Below, in pieces: positions 38,981 to 48,830 of a stretch of DNA of 64,000 bases (positions are counted from its first letter, which is position 1; each line of letters starts with the position of its first letter). The notes beneath the pieces are model-generated. The model ran no database searches. It was given only the letters and a program-made list of their open reading frames with translations, and had not been told where the DNA came from. The DNA lies in assembly GCA_963693055.1 (NCBI GenBank), contig OY843751.1, forward strand, positions 5,472,001-5,536,000. The letters are read 5' to 3'. This DNA comes from a bacterium. GTDB lineage: Bacteria; Zhuqueibacterota; Zhuqueibacteria; Residuimicrobiales; Krinioviventaceae. The translations under genes were made by a program, and so were the position numbers.

Positions 38981-39936
38981 TTTGCTTTTGTTCCATTCTC
39001 CCTAAAATGACCGACAACCAAAATAACCATAAGCAATGCGGCTGTTAACAAGACCGTAGGTAATGGTGACTTGTTGGGCAAAGATTGCTGTACAATCTGA
39101 AAAGCAACAGTTTGACCGGCATGTACACCTTCAATGCCATAACGTTTATATTCGGCATTACGAATTTTAAAGGGGCCAAAATCCTGCATATCAGCAGATA
39201 CAAGAGACAAATTCTGGCTTTTTAAAAATACATCAAAAGAACGGGTGTGAGCATCAAAACCCAAGTCCACTGCAACTCGGCCGTTACGATAAGGTATACG
39301 GTACGCATAAGACAGTTGACGGGTTCCTGGCAGCAGAATGCTTTTATCAAAAACGTCTCTTCCTTCCTGCACATGCTGATTGCTGAAATTGGCAGACATG
39401 GGCGTAAAATCAAAAGCATTGCTGGGTAATTGATACTTGATTGTGTAATCACCTGCTTTTTCGTCATGTGCAACATTGGTTATAGCCTTGTCACCACCAT
39501 TGTGATAGACCCGGGTTTCCCGAACCTGGATCATGTTACCCATATCTTCTACTATTAGGTGGTGCATCATGCTGCTTAAACTCTCTGCAGAATGAGTTGT
39601 ATCATAAACCACTATGTTTTGCTCTGCAGGATTGGTTCCCTGACTGTAAAATCGCACACCATTAAAATCTACTGCGGCGAAATAAGAAGCGGCTGTGTCC
39701 GGTTGGGCTATGGGAAAAACAAACTGTCCCTTACCATTTGTAGATGTCTTGCCAACATCAACAGGGCCCGTATCGCCGGTTTTCATACTTTGCAAAAAAA
39801 CTGTTAAATTGGCAACTGCCGTACTGTCTTTAGAAGCATTTACAACAGTACCTTCAAGCTGACTGTTGGGGAATCCATAAACAGACCCGGTACAAATAGC
39901 CAGCAATACAATATATTTTAATACTTTCATACCCAC
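38977..39936 (-). CDS. Exported, C-terminally anchored beta-sandwich protein in the ccm cluster (carboxypeptidase-regulatory-like N-terminus)
   Basis: Signal peptide, GTVVN...T...G.F.F motif and a C-terminal TM helix; translationally coupled to ccmA. Confidence 0.6.
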   Translation of the reverse strand: MGMKVLKYIVLLAICTGSVYGFPNSQLEGTVVNASKDSTAVANLTVFLQSMKTGDTGPVDVGKTSTNGKGQFVFPIAQPDTAASYFAAVDFNGVRFYSQGTNPAEQNIVVYDTTHSAESLSSMMHHLIVEDMGNMIQVRETRVYHNGGDKAITNVAHDEKAGDYTIKYQLPSNAFDFTPMSANFSNQHVQEGRDVFDKSILLPGTRQLSYAYRIPYRNGRVAVDLGFDAHTRSFDVFLKSQNLSLVSADMQDFGPFKIRNAEYKRYGIEGVHAGQTVAFQIVQQSLPNKSPLPTVLLTAALLMVILVVGHFRENGTKAK

Positions 39937-39939
39937 ACC

Positions 39940-40176
39940 TTATAGATTAGTCTTTGCACCGCATTGTGAACAAAATTTATCATCAGGTTTTATTTTTGTA
40001 CCGCATTGCGTACAAAAGCTTTCACGCTTTTCCGGTTGTTGCTTTTTCGGTAGCTGCTTTACAGGTTTAGCCTGTTTGGTTGTTTTCTTGACAGCTTTGG
40101 GTGCTTCCTGCTTTGATAACAATGGCCAACCAACCCAAAGGGACGCGGCTATACTGAGTACGATAGATGATATCAT
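39940..40176 (-). CDS. Small membrane protein with C-terminal zinc ribbon (CcmI N-terminus-like)
   Basis: TM helix ending WPL, Lys/Pro linker and FCTQCG......DKFCSQCG. Confidence 0.75.
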   Translation of the reverse strand: MISSIVLSIAASLWVGWPLLSKQEAPKAVKKTTKQAKPVKQLPKKQQPEKRESFCTQCGTKIKPDDKFCSQCGAKTNL

Positions 40177-40178
40177 AA

Positions 40179-42122
40179 TTACCTGCTCTTTGGTTTATAT
40201 TGAACAAAAGTCAATAATGTTCCGGCGACCATTACAATTCCACCAAACCACATCCAGAACATCATGGGATTAATTAATACAGTTACGGTTGCCCGCTGAG
40301 ATACAACTTCAAATCCGGCAAGGATCACATAAATATCTTCTTTCATAGTGGTACGTATACCCACTTCGGTAGAGGGTTGAAAATTGGGATGCTGATGTTT
40401 TTCAGACCGCAGTTGGCTGACAAAGCGTCCTTTTTTATATATATCAAATCGGCCCGAATAGATATCTACATCTCCTTCAGTCCAGGATTCTATACCCATA
40501 TAACGGATCTCATAACCACCGGCCTTGATGGTTTCTTCTTTATCCAGAGTTGCTGTCTGTTCAACACTGAATGCAGACGAACCAATAAAGCCCAGAAACA
40601 TCATCAATACACCCAGGTGAACAATATAAGCGCCGTATCTCCTTTTGTTTTTCATTACCAGTTTTCCAACCGCCATAAAAGGATTTACACCCTCACGTTT
40701 TGAAAACAGTACAACATGTTCAACAAAAGATACAATGATTGCAACAAAGGCAAAAACAGCAACCCATAAACTGATCAGCGGCATTACAGCTCTAATACCC
40801 GTGGCAACAAAAAATACGGTTGCCGCAACAGCCGCTGCTATTGGCAGCCATAAACGTTTTTTCAGATCAGCAGCTTGTGTTTTTCTCCAGGAAAGCAGCG
40901 TTCCCAATCCTATAAGAAAAAAGATAACCAGGCCAAATGGTGTTGCCATACGGTTAAAAAACTCTACACTTACAGTTTGTTTTTCTCCGTTCATAGCCTC
41001 ACTGATAGAAGGCAAAACTGTCCCAATAAACACGCCTACAGTCAAAGCAATAAACAACATATTATTTAATAAAAATGAAGATTCCCGTGAAGACCAGGAA
41101 TCCATAGCATCTTTACTTTTCAGAATTGGCAGCCGATTGAGTATAAGCACAATGGTACTGATCACAATAATGGCCAGATAGCCCAAAAACAACGGGCCCA
41201 AATCAGATACACCAAAGGCGTGCACTGAAGAAATAAGACCGCTGCGAGTTACAAAGGTACCAAAAATGGTAAGTGCAAATGTTAGCATGATCAAAACAAT
41301 GTTCCAGGTCTTCAACATGCCGCGAAATTCCTGGACCATTAGCGAATGCACAAAAGCTGTCAGGGTCAACCAGGGCAGCAACGAAGAATTTTCAACAGGG
41401 TCCCAGGCCCAGTAACCTCCCCAACCAAGCTCTACATATGCCCATTGCATACCCAGCACATTACCGATGGTTAAAAACAACCATGCAAACAATGACCAGT
41501 TGCGAATGGAACGCAGCCACATCATATCCAGATTGCGGGTTAACAAAGCCGCAAATGCCATTGCAAATGGAACGGTTGCACTAACGAATCCCAGGTACAA
41601 CGTTGGTGGGTGAAATACCATCTGTGGGTTTTGCAGCAAAGGATTCAAACCCTTACCGTCCATAGGGGTAAATGGTAACTTTTGAAATGGATTCGATTTA
41701 AATACAAGCAAATATAAAAAAAAGAGCGTTGCAACACTCATTACAATCATTACATAAGGCAATCTTTCAGGATCACGTTTTTTATTTTGTTCGAGCACAA
41801 TAAAGGAAAAAATTGCCAATAACCATGCCCAGAACAATAAGGATCCCGCTTGTCCACCCCAGAAAGCTGCTGCAGTATAAAACCAGGACAATGCCCGGTT
41901 GGAATACTGTGCTACATATTCAACCTGAAAATCACGGGTAAACAAACTGTAAAACAGGGAAATTGCCGCCAGTGTAATCAAGGCAGACCATGCATAAACC
42001 GCACGCTGTGCACTTTTTAAAAGGCGGTCCGAATTTCGTTTGATGGCCAGCAAATACACAATTGCTGAATACGCCGACAATACCAGCGCTACATTCAAAG
42101 CTTCAAAACCAATTCCTGCCAC
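40179..42122 (-). CDS. ccmF: Cytochrome c heme lyase CcmF (probable GTG start at 42122)
   Basis: WGGQAGSLLFW, GLNPLLQ, HPP, WAYVELGWGGYWAWDPVEN, SVHAF and HLG motifs. Confidence 0.96.
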   Translation of the reverse strand: MAGIGFEALNVALVLSAYSAIVYLLAIKRNSDRLLKSAQRAVYAWSALITLAAISLFYSLFTRDFQVEYVAQYSNRALSWFYTAAAFWGGQAGSLLFWAWLLAIFSFIVLEQNKKRDPERLPYVMIVMSVATLFFLYLLVFKSNPFQKLPFTPMDGKGLNPLLQNPQMVFHPPTLYLGFVSATVPFAMAFAALLTRNLDMMWLRSIRNWSLFAWLFLTIGNVLGMQWAYVELGWGGYWAWDPVENSSLLPWLTLTAFVHSLMVQEFRGMLKTWNIVLIMLTFALTIFGTFVTRSGLISSVHAFGVSDLGPLFLGYLAIIVISTIVLILNRLPILKSKDAMDSWSSRESSFLLNNMLFIALTVGVFIGTVLPSISEAMNGEKQTVSVEFFNRMATPFGLVIFFLIGLGTLLSWRKTQAADLKKRLWLPIAAAVAATVFFVATGIRAVMPLISLWVAVFAFVAIIVSFVEHVVLFSKREGVNPFMAVGKLVMKNKRRYGAYIVHLGVLMMFLGFIGSSAFSVEQTATLDKEETIKAGGYEIRYMGIESWTEGDVDIYSGRFDIYKKGRFVSQLRSEKHQHPNFQPSTEVGIRTTMKEDIYVILAGFEVVSQRATVTVLINPMMFWMWFGGIVMVAGTLLTFVQYKPKSR

Positions 42123-42288
42123 AATTATACCTATCGTTTTAATTATTATTTTAATACAAGTGATTAATATATTAAAACCCGCTCCAAGGCGCAACAAAAT
42201 AATAAATTTAAGGTATTATTTGCTTTGATTTGCATGTCAGTTATTTTATATTTAAGGACAATTTAAACAAAAATGAGGAAGTCAAAAT

Positions 42289-43062
42289 ATGGAAAAACCG
42301 GTTGCATTAGTAACAGGCGCTGGACGGGGTATAGGCAGGGGAATTGCTGAAAAACTTGCTAAAGAAGGTTATAATATTGTAGTTGATGATGTACACGCGG
42401 AACAGGATGTTAAAGATACCATCCAGGCATTAACAGACAAAGGTGCGGAAGCACTTTATATACAAGCCGATATTTCAAAAGCAGAAGATCGTGACAGAAT
42501 AGTAAGCGAGATCAAATCCCGTTTTGGACGTTTGGATCTACTGGTCAACAACGCAGGCGTTGCCCCCAAAGTCCGCATGGATCTATTGGAAGCTACTGAA
42601 GAAAGCTTTGACCGGGTCCTGAATATCAATTTACGCGGGCCCTACTTTTTAACTCAAAAAATTGCCAATTGGATGATTGAACAAAAGAAACAAGATCCTG
42701 ATCGCAATTGCCAAATCATCAACACAGGTTCGCTCTCGTCATATGCGTCATCACCTGCACGAGGTGAGTATTGTGTATCCAAAGCAGGCGTAAGTATGAT
42801 GACCAAACTCTATGCAGACAGACTTGCCGAGTTTAACATACCCGTTTATGAAATCCGACCCGGCATCATTGCAACAGACATGACCAGCGTTGTAAAAGAA
42901 AAATACGACAATCTGATTGAAGACGGATTACTGCCTACCAAACGCTGGGGTTACCCGGAAGATATTGCAAATGCAGTTATTGGTATTGCCAAAGGATACT
43001 TTGCATACTCTACCGGACAAGTGTTTAATGTTGACGGTGGCTTTCATCTGCCAAGATTGTAA
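42289..43062 (+). CDS. Classical short-chain dehydrogenase/reductase (FabG-like family; substrate unknown)
   Basis: TGAGRGIG, NNAG and YCVSK motifs. Confidence 0.9.
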   Translation: MEKPVALVTGAGRGIGRGIAEKLAKEGYNIVVDDVHAEQDVKDTIQALTDKGAEALYIQADISKAEDRDRIVSEIKSRFGRLDLLVNNAGVAPKVRMDLLEATEESFDRVLNINLRGPYFLTQKIANWMIEQKKQDPDRNCQIINTGSLSSYASSPARGEYCVSKAGVSMMTKLYADRLAEFNIPVYEIRPGIIATDMTSVVKEKYDNLIEDGLLPTKRWGYPEDIANAVIGIAKGYFAYSTGQVFNVDGGFHLPRL

Positions 43063-43082
43063 GAAAGGAATATATCGTTTTC

Positions 43083-45080
43083 ATGAAAAAATCAACTATT
43101 AGCATAAATAATATTGAATTCCCGGTTGTACAACTGGATACATTAGTCATTGGTACCGGTGCCGCATCCTTAAACTGTGCAGATGCTTTATACGCCTCGG
43201 GCAAGACAGATATTGCCATTATTACAGAAAAAGTAGGCGGCGGAACATCAAACAATACCGGCTCAGACAAACAAACCTATTACAAACTCTCCGTAAGTGG
43301 CAAAGAGCCAGACTCTCCCGTAGAAATGGCCAAGTCCTTGTTCGACGGCGGAGGTATGCACGGAGATCTTGCATTAATTGAGGCGACTCTCTCTGCCCAG
43401 GGATTTTTTCACCTGGCCCAGATTGGTGTTCAATTTCCACACAACTCGTACGGCGGTTTTGTGGGCTATAAAACCGATCACGATCCTCGTCAGCGTGCAA
43501 CCTCTGCTGGCCCCTGGACATCGCACCAGATGGTTCAATGCCTGCTAAAAGAAATCAAAAACAAGGGCATAGAAATTTTTGACAATCACGACATTGTAGC
43601 CCTGTTGGTAGACAATGGCCGCAGTGTTGGCGCTATTGCCATTAATAAAGACAAGTTAAATGAGCAAGATTTTGGTTTGGTCTTTTTTATGGCTAACAAT
43701 GTTGTATTTGGTGTTGGCGGACCCGGTGGATTATATAAAACCTCTGTTTACCCCGAAGTACACATTGGTGCCATTGGTCTGGCACTCGAAGTGGGCGCGG
43801 TAGCCCGAAACCTGACCGAATCCCAATATGGTCTGGCATCCACAAAATTCCGCTGGAATGTTTCCGGAACGTATCAGCAGGTTATTCCTCGCTACATCAG
43901 TACTGATGCGGATGGAAATGATGAACAGGAATTTTTGAACGAATACTTTATCACAATGGGCAAGCTGGCAACCGATATCTTTTTAAAAGGATACCAGTGG
44001 CCGTTTGATCCCCGCAAGATCCCAAATTATGGATCATCTCTGGTAGACGTACTGGTATATATCGAGACTGTTGTCAAAGGCCGAAAGGTCTATATGGATT
44101 TTAGAGAAAATCCCCGCGGTGACGAGCGCATTGGCGCTTTCCGGTTTGAAGATATGGAGCCGGAAGCATACAAATATCTTGAAAATTCAAATGCGCTGTT
44201 TGGCACGCCCATTGAACGATTGGAAAAGATGAATCCCCTTGCCATTGAACTGTACGACAAGAACGGTATAGACATCCGTACCGAACCGCTGGAAGTTGCG
44301 GTTTGCGCGCAGCACAACAATGGCGGCCTTGCAGGTAACCTGTGGTGGGAATCCAACATCCGCAACCTCTATCCCATCGGTGAGGTTAATGGCAGTCATG
44401 GTGTTTACCGTCCCGGTGGTTCTGCCTTAAACTCGGGACAAGTAGGTTCTCTGCGCGCGGCACAAAAAATTGCAGCCAGCAAAACCGTAGAGCCCGTTTC
44501 CGAAGAACAGTTTAAAAACGCTGCGTCAATTCAAGGTGAAAAGCTGTTAAACGTAATCCAAAAACTCAGCAAATCCTTATCGCAACAAAACACAGCAAAA
44601 GCGTATCGTGATGAATTTCAACAGCGCATGACCAATTTTGGTTCACACATTCGTGATCTTAACCAGGTCAACAAAGCACTTGAAGAAGCATATAATCAAA
44701 TCAAACGTTTTGATGAACAGCAAATCACGTCACTAACAGACCTGCCATTTGTTTTGCAAAATCGACATCTGGTAACGGCACAGGCTGCCTATCTTGAAGC
44801 CATACGCGCCTATCTTGAAAAAGGCGGTGGCAGCCGCGGTTCTTATATGGTTATGGACCCCAATGGAGATCCTGTTCTGGAAAGTCTGGGAAGCGAATGG
44901 AATTACAAACCCGAAGTTCCGGATCTGCGCGAATGGGTGCTTGAAACCGTATTAACCGAGGATGGTACCTATAAATCCACCTGGAAAAAACGCAGACCCC
45001 TGCCGGAAGAAGAAAGCTGGTTTGAGAACGTTTGGGGCAAGTATATGAACGGTGAGATATTTATAAACGGCGATTATTAA
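43083..45080 (+). CDS. FAD-binding oxidoreductase of the succinate dehydrogenase/fumarate reductase/L-aspartate oxidase flavoprotein fold
   Basis: IGTGAA dinucleotide-binding start, QHNNGG, GE...HG..R.GGSAL and C-terminal SRG motifs. Confidence 0.8.
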   Translation: MKKSTISINNIEFPVVQLDTLVIGTGAASLNCADALYASGKTDIAIITEKVGGGTSNNTGSDKQTYYKLSVSGKEPDSPVEMAKSLFDGGGMHGDLALIEATLSAQGFFHLAQIGVQFPHNSYGGFVGYKTDHDPRQRATSAGPWTSHQMVQCLLKEIKNKGIEIFDNHDIVALLVDNGRSVGAIAINKDKLNEQDFGLVFFMANNVVFGVGGPGGLYKTSVYPEVHIGAIGLALEVGAVARNLTESQYGLASTKFRWNVSGTYQQVIPRYISTDADGNDEQEFLNEYFITMGKLATDIFLKGYQWPFDPRKIPNYGSSLVDVLVYIETVVKGRKVYMDFRENPRGDERIGAFRFEDMEPEAYKYLENSNALFGTPIERLEKMNPLAIELYDKNGIDIRTEPLEVAVCAQHNNGGLAGNLWWESNIRNLYPIGEVNGSHGVYRPGGSALNSGQVGSLRAAQKIAASKTVEPVSEEQFKNAASIQGEKLLNVIQKLSKSLSQQNTAKAYRDEFQQRMTNFGSHIRDLNQVNKALEEAYNQIKRFDEQQITSLTDLPFVLQNRHLVTAQAAYLEAIRAYLEKGGGSRGSYMVMDPNGDPVLESLGSEWNYKPEVPDLREWVLETVLTEDGTYKSTWKKRRPLPEEESWFENVWGKYMNGEIFINGDY

Positions 45081-45085
45081 AAGCT

Positions 45086-45117
45086 GGCCTGTTGGGATGA
45101 TCTGACAGGCCTTTTTT
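45086..45117 (+). terminator. Intrinsic terminator
   Basis: GGCCTGT...ACAGGCC followed by TTTTTT. Confidence 0.8.
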
Positions 45118-45136
45118 ATAATATAACAGGGTAATC

Positions 45137-46783
45137 ATGGACTGGAAAATTATTGACGCCATTGGTCCTTTTTTCAAGGGATACAAAAAGACAACCATAA
45201 ACTGGTCAAAGATCCCTTTTCGCAACCTTGAAAAAAACGGACAGGTCAATACCAATAAATTCGAAAAAATAAGACCCGCTTTTGAACAGTTTTGTGTACA
45301 AGCCAAATCCCTGGGTTATGACACCATTGCGCTTGATGACATTGCCCATCTGGTTTTGTTTGAATTCTATCCAAAAAAGTTAAGACAAAAAATCAATGCC
45401 TATCAGAACGAATTTGATCAATTATTTATAATTGCAAAAAAACTCGATTTGAAAATTGTTATCAACTCGGATATCATGTTTTTTAACAAATGGATTGAAA
45501 AGCATACCAAAGGCAAACTCAAAAATGCGATAGCCCTGCTTGCCCAGGCATGCGATACTCTGCTGGAAAAGTCCCCCATTGATGGTATTGTACTGCGCAT
45601 TGGGGAATCTGATGGTATTGATGTACGGGAAGATTTTAAAAGCCGGTTGATATTAAAAAAACCGTCGCATGTTCGGTATTGCATTAATGAATTGATGCCG
45701 GTTTTTAAAAAGCACCAAAAACATCTGATCTTTAGAACCTGGACTGTTGGCGTATATCCCATTGGTGACCTTATCTGGAACCCCGCGACATACCATCAAT
45801 CTTTTAACAGTATAGACAGCGAATATTTTATTGTTTCCATGAAATTCGGAGATACTGACTTTTTTGATCATCTCGAGCTCAACCCCCTACTCACAAACAG
45901 CCGTCATAAAAAAATAATTGAATTACAGGCAAGACGAGAGCGCGAAGGCTTTGGTGTTTTCCCCTGGTATGTGGGCTGGCAGTATGAAAAATATTATCAA
46001 CAGTTAAAAGACAATCCCTTACTTGTGGGTATATCTGTCTGGTGCCAAACCGGTGGCTGGTCAAAATGGAGAAATTATACTTTTTTAAAACAATCATCCC
46101 TGTGGAACGAATTAAACACCAGAGCATGCATCCGTATTTTTGAAAATGGAGAAAGCGCGAACGAAATTTTAAAAACCTTGTTAAGCCCGGAACAGATAAC
46201 ATTCCTCGTCGAGTTTCAATCCATATTTGATAAAATATTATACATTGAGGGCTTTGCCGAAAAATCTTTTTACCTGCGCCGGTTTCGCATTCCTCCCCTG
46301 CTATGGTTGTACTGGGACAATGTGACCATATCTCCATTTCTCATAGCATTTCTGGATTATACAGGCATGAAGCCCATAGATGTATCACTGGGAGATTTAA
46401 AAGAGGTTCGTAAACGGGGCAAAGTGGCAAAAATTGAAAACATTGACTATATATATGACACACTGCGGGTCTTGCTGTACAGCCGCAGGGCATTATATAA
46501 AAAATCAGCAAAGCCCAAATACCTTGCAAAAATAGCCCAATATCAAAAAAAATACCCCGCTTCGGTTGATTTTTCAATCACCTTTTCAACAAGCAGCCAC
46601 CGCATGCTAAAATTCTTTTTCCAGGTATGCGTCCGCCAAACACAGCAATACCGCTTTATCGATAGAATATTGCTTTCCGGCCCTGTCTCGTTCTTGTTCA
46701 GGGTATTCATTCACTTTTATATGCGGCATTTGCCTTCGTTTGTCAACAAACAGGCGATGAAAATCGATTCAATTTTTTATTAA
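45137..46783 (+). CDS. Hypothetical protein, possible glycoside-hydrolase-like TIM barrel (GH67-like catalytic region)
   Basis: DGIVLRIGESDG, LIFRTW, SMKFG..DFF, IELQARRE.EG.G and WCQTGGW motifs; no signal peptide. Confidence 0.5.
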   Translation: MDWKIIDAIGPFFKGYKKTTINWSKIPFRNLEKNGQVNTNKFEKIRPAFEQFCVQAKSLGYDTIALDDIAHLVLFEFYPKKLRQKINAYQNEFDQLFIIAKKLDLKIVINSDIMFFNKWIEKHTKGKLKNAIALLAQACDTLLEKSPIDGIVLRIGESDGIDVREDFKSRLILKKPSHVRYCINELMPVFKKHQKHLIFRTWTVGVYPIGDLIWNPATYHQSFNSIDSEYFIVSMKFGDTDFFDHLELNPLLTNSRHKKIIELQARREREGFGVFPWYVGWQYEKYYQQLKDNPLLVGISVWCQTGGWSKWRNYTFLKQSSLWNELNTRACIRIFENGESANEILKTLLSPEQITFLVEFQSIFDKILYIEGFAEKSFYLRRFRIPPLLWLYWDNVTISPFLIAFLDYTGMKPIDVSLGDLKEVRKRGKVAKIENIDYIYDTLRVLLYSRRALYKKSAKPKYLAKIAQYQKKYPASVDFSITFSTSSHRMLKFFFQVCVRQTQQYRFIDRILLSGPVSFLFRVFIHFYMRHLPSFVNKQAMKIDSIFY

Positions 46784-46785
46784 CG

Positions 46786-46822
46786 CAAAAAAAGCCGTCT
46801 TTTAAAATTAAAAAGACGGCTT
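46786..46822. terminator. Intrinsic terminator between convergent genes (best for hflC)
   Basis: AAGCCGTCTTTT...AAAAGACGGCTT with an A-run on the left. Confidence 0.8.
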
Positions 46823-46838
46823 GGACTTTATATTTGTT

Positions 46839-47783
46839 CTATTTTTGCGTTTTCAAATATTTCAAATAGTCATTATCCGTACTGAAAATAACCGTACTGG
46901 ATTTATCTATGGTTTCGCGATAGGTATTCAACGTTTCCATAAAAGTATAGAATTCGGGATCACGATTAAACGCGCTGGCGTAAATCTCGGTTGCTGTTGC
47001 GTCTGCTTTACCTCGGATCTCCTGGGCTTTACGATAAGCTTCTGAATTGATCTTTTGCAATTCGCGATCTGTTTGTCCCTCAATTTCAGCCTTTTTACCC
47101 TGACCTTCTGAACGATACAACATGGCAATACGTTTACGTTCAGAAATCATACGGTCAAAAACCTTGGTCCGTACTTCTTCAATATAGTTCACCTGTTTAA
47201 TACGAATATCTTCAACCTGAATGCCATATTGCGGAACAACTTCTTGCACCTTTTCCAAAATCACATTGGTTATGGCCATGCGTCCTTTTTCGATTTTAAG
47301 CGAATCTACTTCCATAATCAGTTCGCTCTGTTCTTCTGTAGAAAATGCCATAGCACGGTTAGAATTACGGACCACTTCAATCAGTAAATTCTCACTGATA
47401 TAATCCCGGGTAATACCGTCAATAATATCATCAAGACGTCCCAATGCATTTCTTTCATTATTTACTGACTGAAAGAACTTTAATGGATCAACAATTCTCC
47501 ATCTTGCAAAAGTATCAACCAGGAGATATTTTTTATCTTTGGTTGGGATCTGATTTGGATCGCCATCCCATTCCAGTATTCGTTTTTCAAAATAGGTTGC
47601 TTTTTGAAAAAATGGTACCTTTACATGTAATCCTGCATCTGCTACAGGATCACCCACAGGCTCACCAAACTGGGTTATGATGACCTGCTTGGTTTCATCG
47701 ATTGTATAAAATGTGTTAGCAAGAATGATAATCAGCACAAGGGCAATGATACCATATACAACGAGTTTAGGATTCTTGTTCAT
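46839..47783 (-). CDS. hflC: FtsH modulator HflC
   Basis: SPFH domain; TKDKK...VD.FARWRI, RMISER and DPEFY.F motifs. Confidence 0.95.
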   Translation of the reverse strand: MNKNPKLVVYGIIALVLIIILANTFYTIDETKQVIITQFGEPVGDPVADAGLHVKVPFFQKATYFEKRILEWDGDPNQIPTKDKKYLLVDTFARWRIVDPLKFFQSVNNERNALGRLDDIIDGITRDYISENLLIEVVRNSNRAMAFSTEEQSELIMEVDSLKIEKGRMAITNVILEKVQEVVPQYGIQVEDIRIKQVNYIEEVRTKVFDRMISERKRIAMLYRSEGQGKKAEIEGQTDRELQKINSEAYRKAQEIRGKADATATEIYASAFNRDPEFYTFMETLNTYRETIDKSSTVIFSTDNDYLKYLKTQK

Positions 47784-48763
47784 TTGCCCGCCTCCTTTCC
47801 TAACTGCAGCATTGGCAAAAAGGACTTTAATTCATCGTCCACAATATATTTTTTATCAATCTTGGGCAATACTTCACGCATCATTTCAATGTACATTCTT
47901 CGCTTGGTTACATCCTTGGCCTTAGAGTATTCCCGCCAAATCTGGGTAAAGCGATCTGCGTCACCTTTGGCACGGTTAATTCTATTGGTGGCATATCCTT
48001 CTGCTTCGAGGATAGCCTGTTCTGCCTGACCTTTTGCTTTAGGAATGATTGTATTGTATGTTTCTCTGGCTTCATTGATGATACGTTCTTTTTCCTGTCT
48101 GGCTTCGTTCACTTCATTAAACGCCGGTTGAACAGGTACGGGTGGATTCACATCCTGCAAGTTAACTGTCACAATATCAACACCCGTTTCGTAATCATTC
48201 AATAATGACTGCATCAGTTCCTGCGCTTGCAACGCAATGGTTTTTCTACTGAGAATAATAACTTCATCCACACTATTATCACCAACAACCTGTCGCATTA
48301 TAGATTCTGAAACATATCGAATGGTGGCTTCAACATCCCGAACCTTGAACAGATACTTGACGGGATCTTTGATGCGATATTGAACAATCCACTCTACCAA
48401 GGCGGCATTCAAATCACCGGTAAGCATTAAAGATTCTGAAGAGAAATCACGGTCCGAATACTGGGTCCTAATTCCTGCTTTGACGGTTCTAAATCCAAAT
48501 TCCTGCTTAAATACACGCTGTACTTTAACTTTGGTTACGGTTTCTACCCCCAACGGGATCTTGAAATGGAGGCCGGGAGTTGTTGTAGTTGCGTATTTTC
48601 CAAATCGCTGGATCACGCCAACTTCATCTGCATCAACCGTGTAAGCGGATGAAAAAGCCATCCATACAACAATAAACCCAACAATGATATAGAGCAGTAT
48701 ACGGTTTTTAAATTCCGGAATAACCACATTTTCACCGCCTATATTGATCACTCGTTTGTTCAT
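47780..48763 (-). CDS. hflK: FtsH modulator HflK
   Basis: MLTGD.N, QDVNPP..VQ.AF and A.GDA.RF...EY......T..R.Y.E motifs. Confidence 0.95.
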   Translation of the reverse strand: MNKRVINIGGENVVIPEFKNRILLYIIVGFIVVWMAFSSAYTVDADEVGVIQRFGKYATTTTPGLHFKIPLGVETVTKVKVQRVFKQEFGFRTVKAGIRTQYSDRDFSSESLMLTGDLNAALVEWIVQYRIKDPVKYLFKVRDVEATIRYVSESIMRQVVGDNSVDEVIILSRKTIALQAQELMQSLLNDYETGVDIVTVNLQDVNPPVPVQPAFNEVNEARQEKERIINEARETYNTIIPKAKGQAEQAILEAEGYATNRINRAKGDADRFTQIWREYSKAKDVTKRRMYIEMMREVLPKIDKKYIVDDELKSFLPMLQLGKEAGK

Positions 48764-48830
48764 AGGTCTTTCCTTATTTAGATTACGTTACACACTAGTA
48801 TTACACATGTAACTGCTGTTTTATTCAATA

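Noticed and set aside
43083-45080. Calling the flavoprotein sdhA/frdA
   Set aside because: It lacks the covalent-FAD His motif and the partner subunits.
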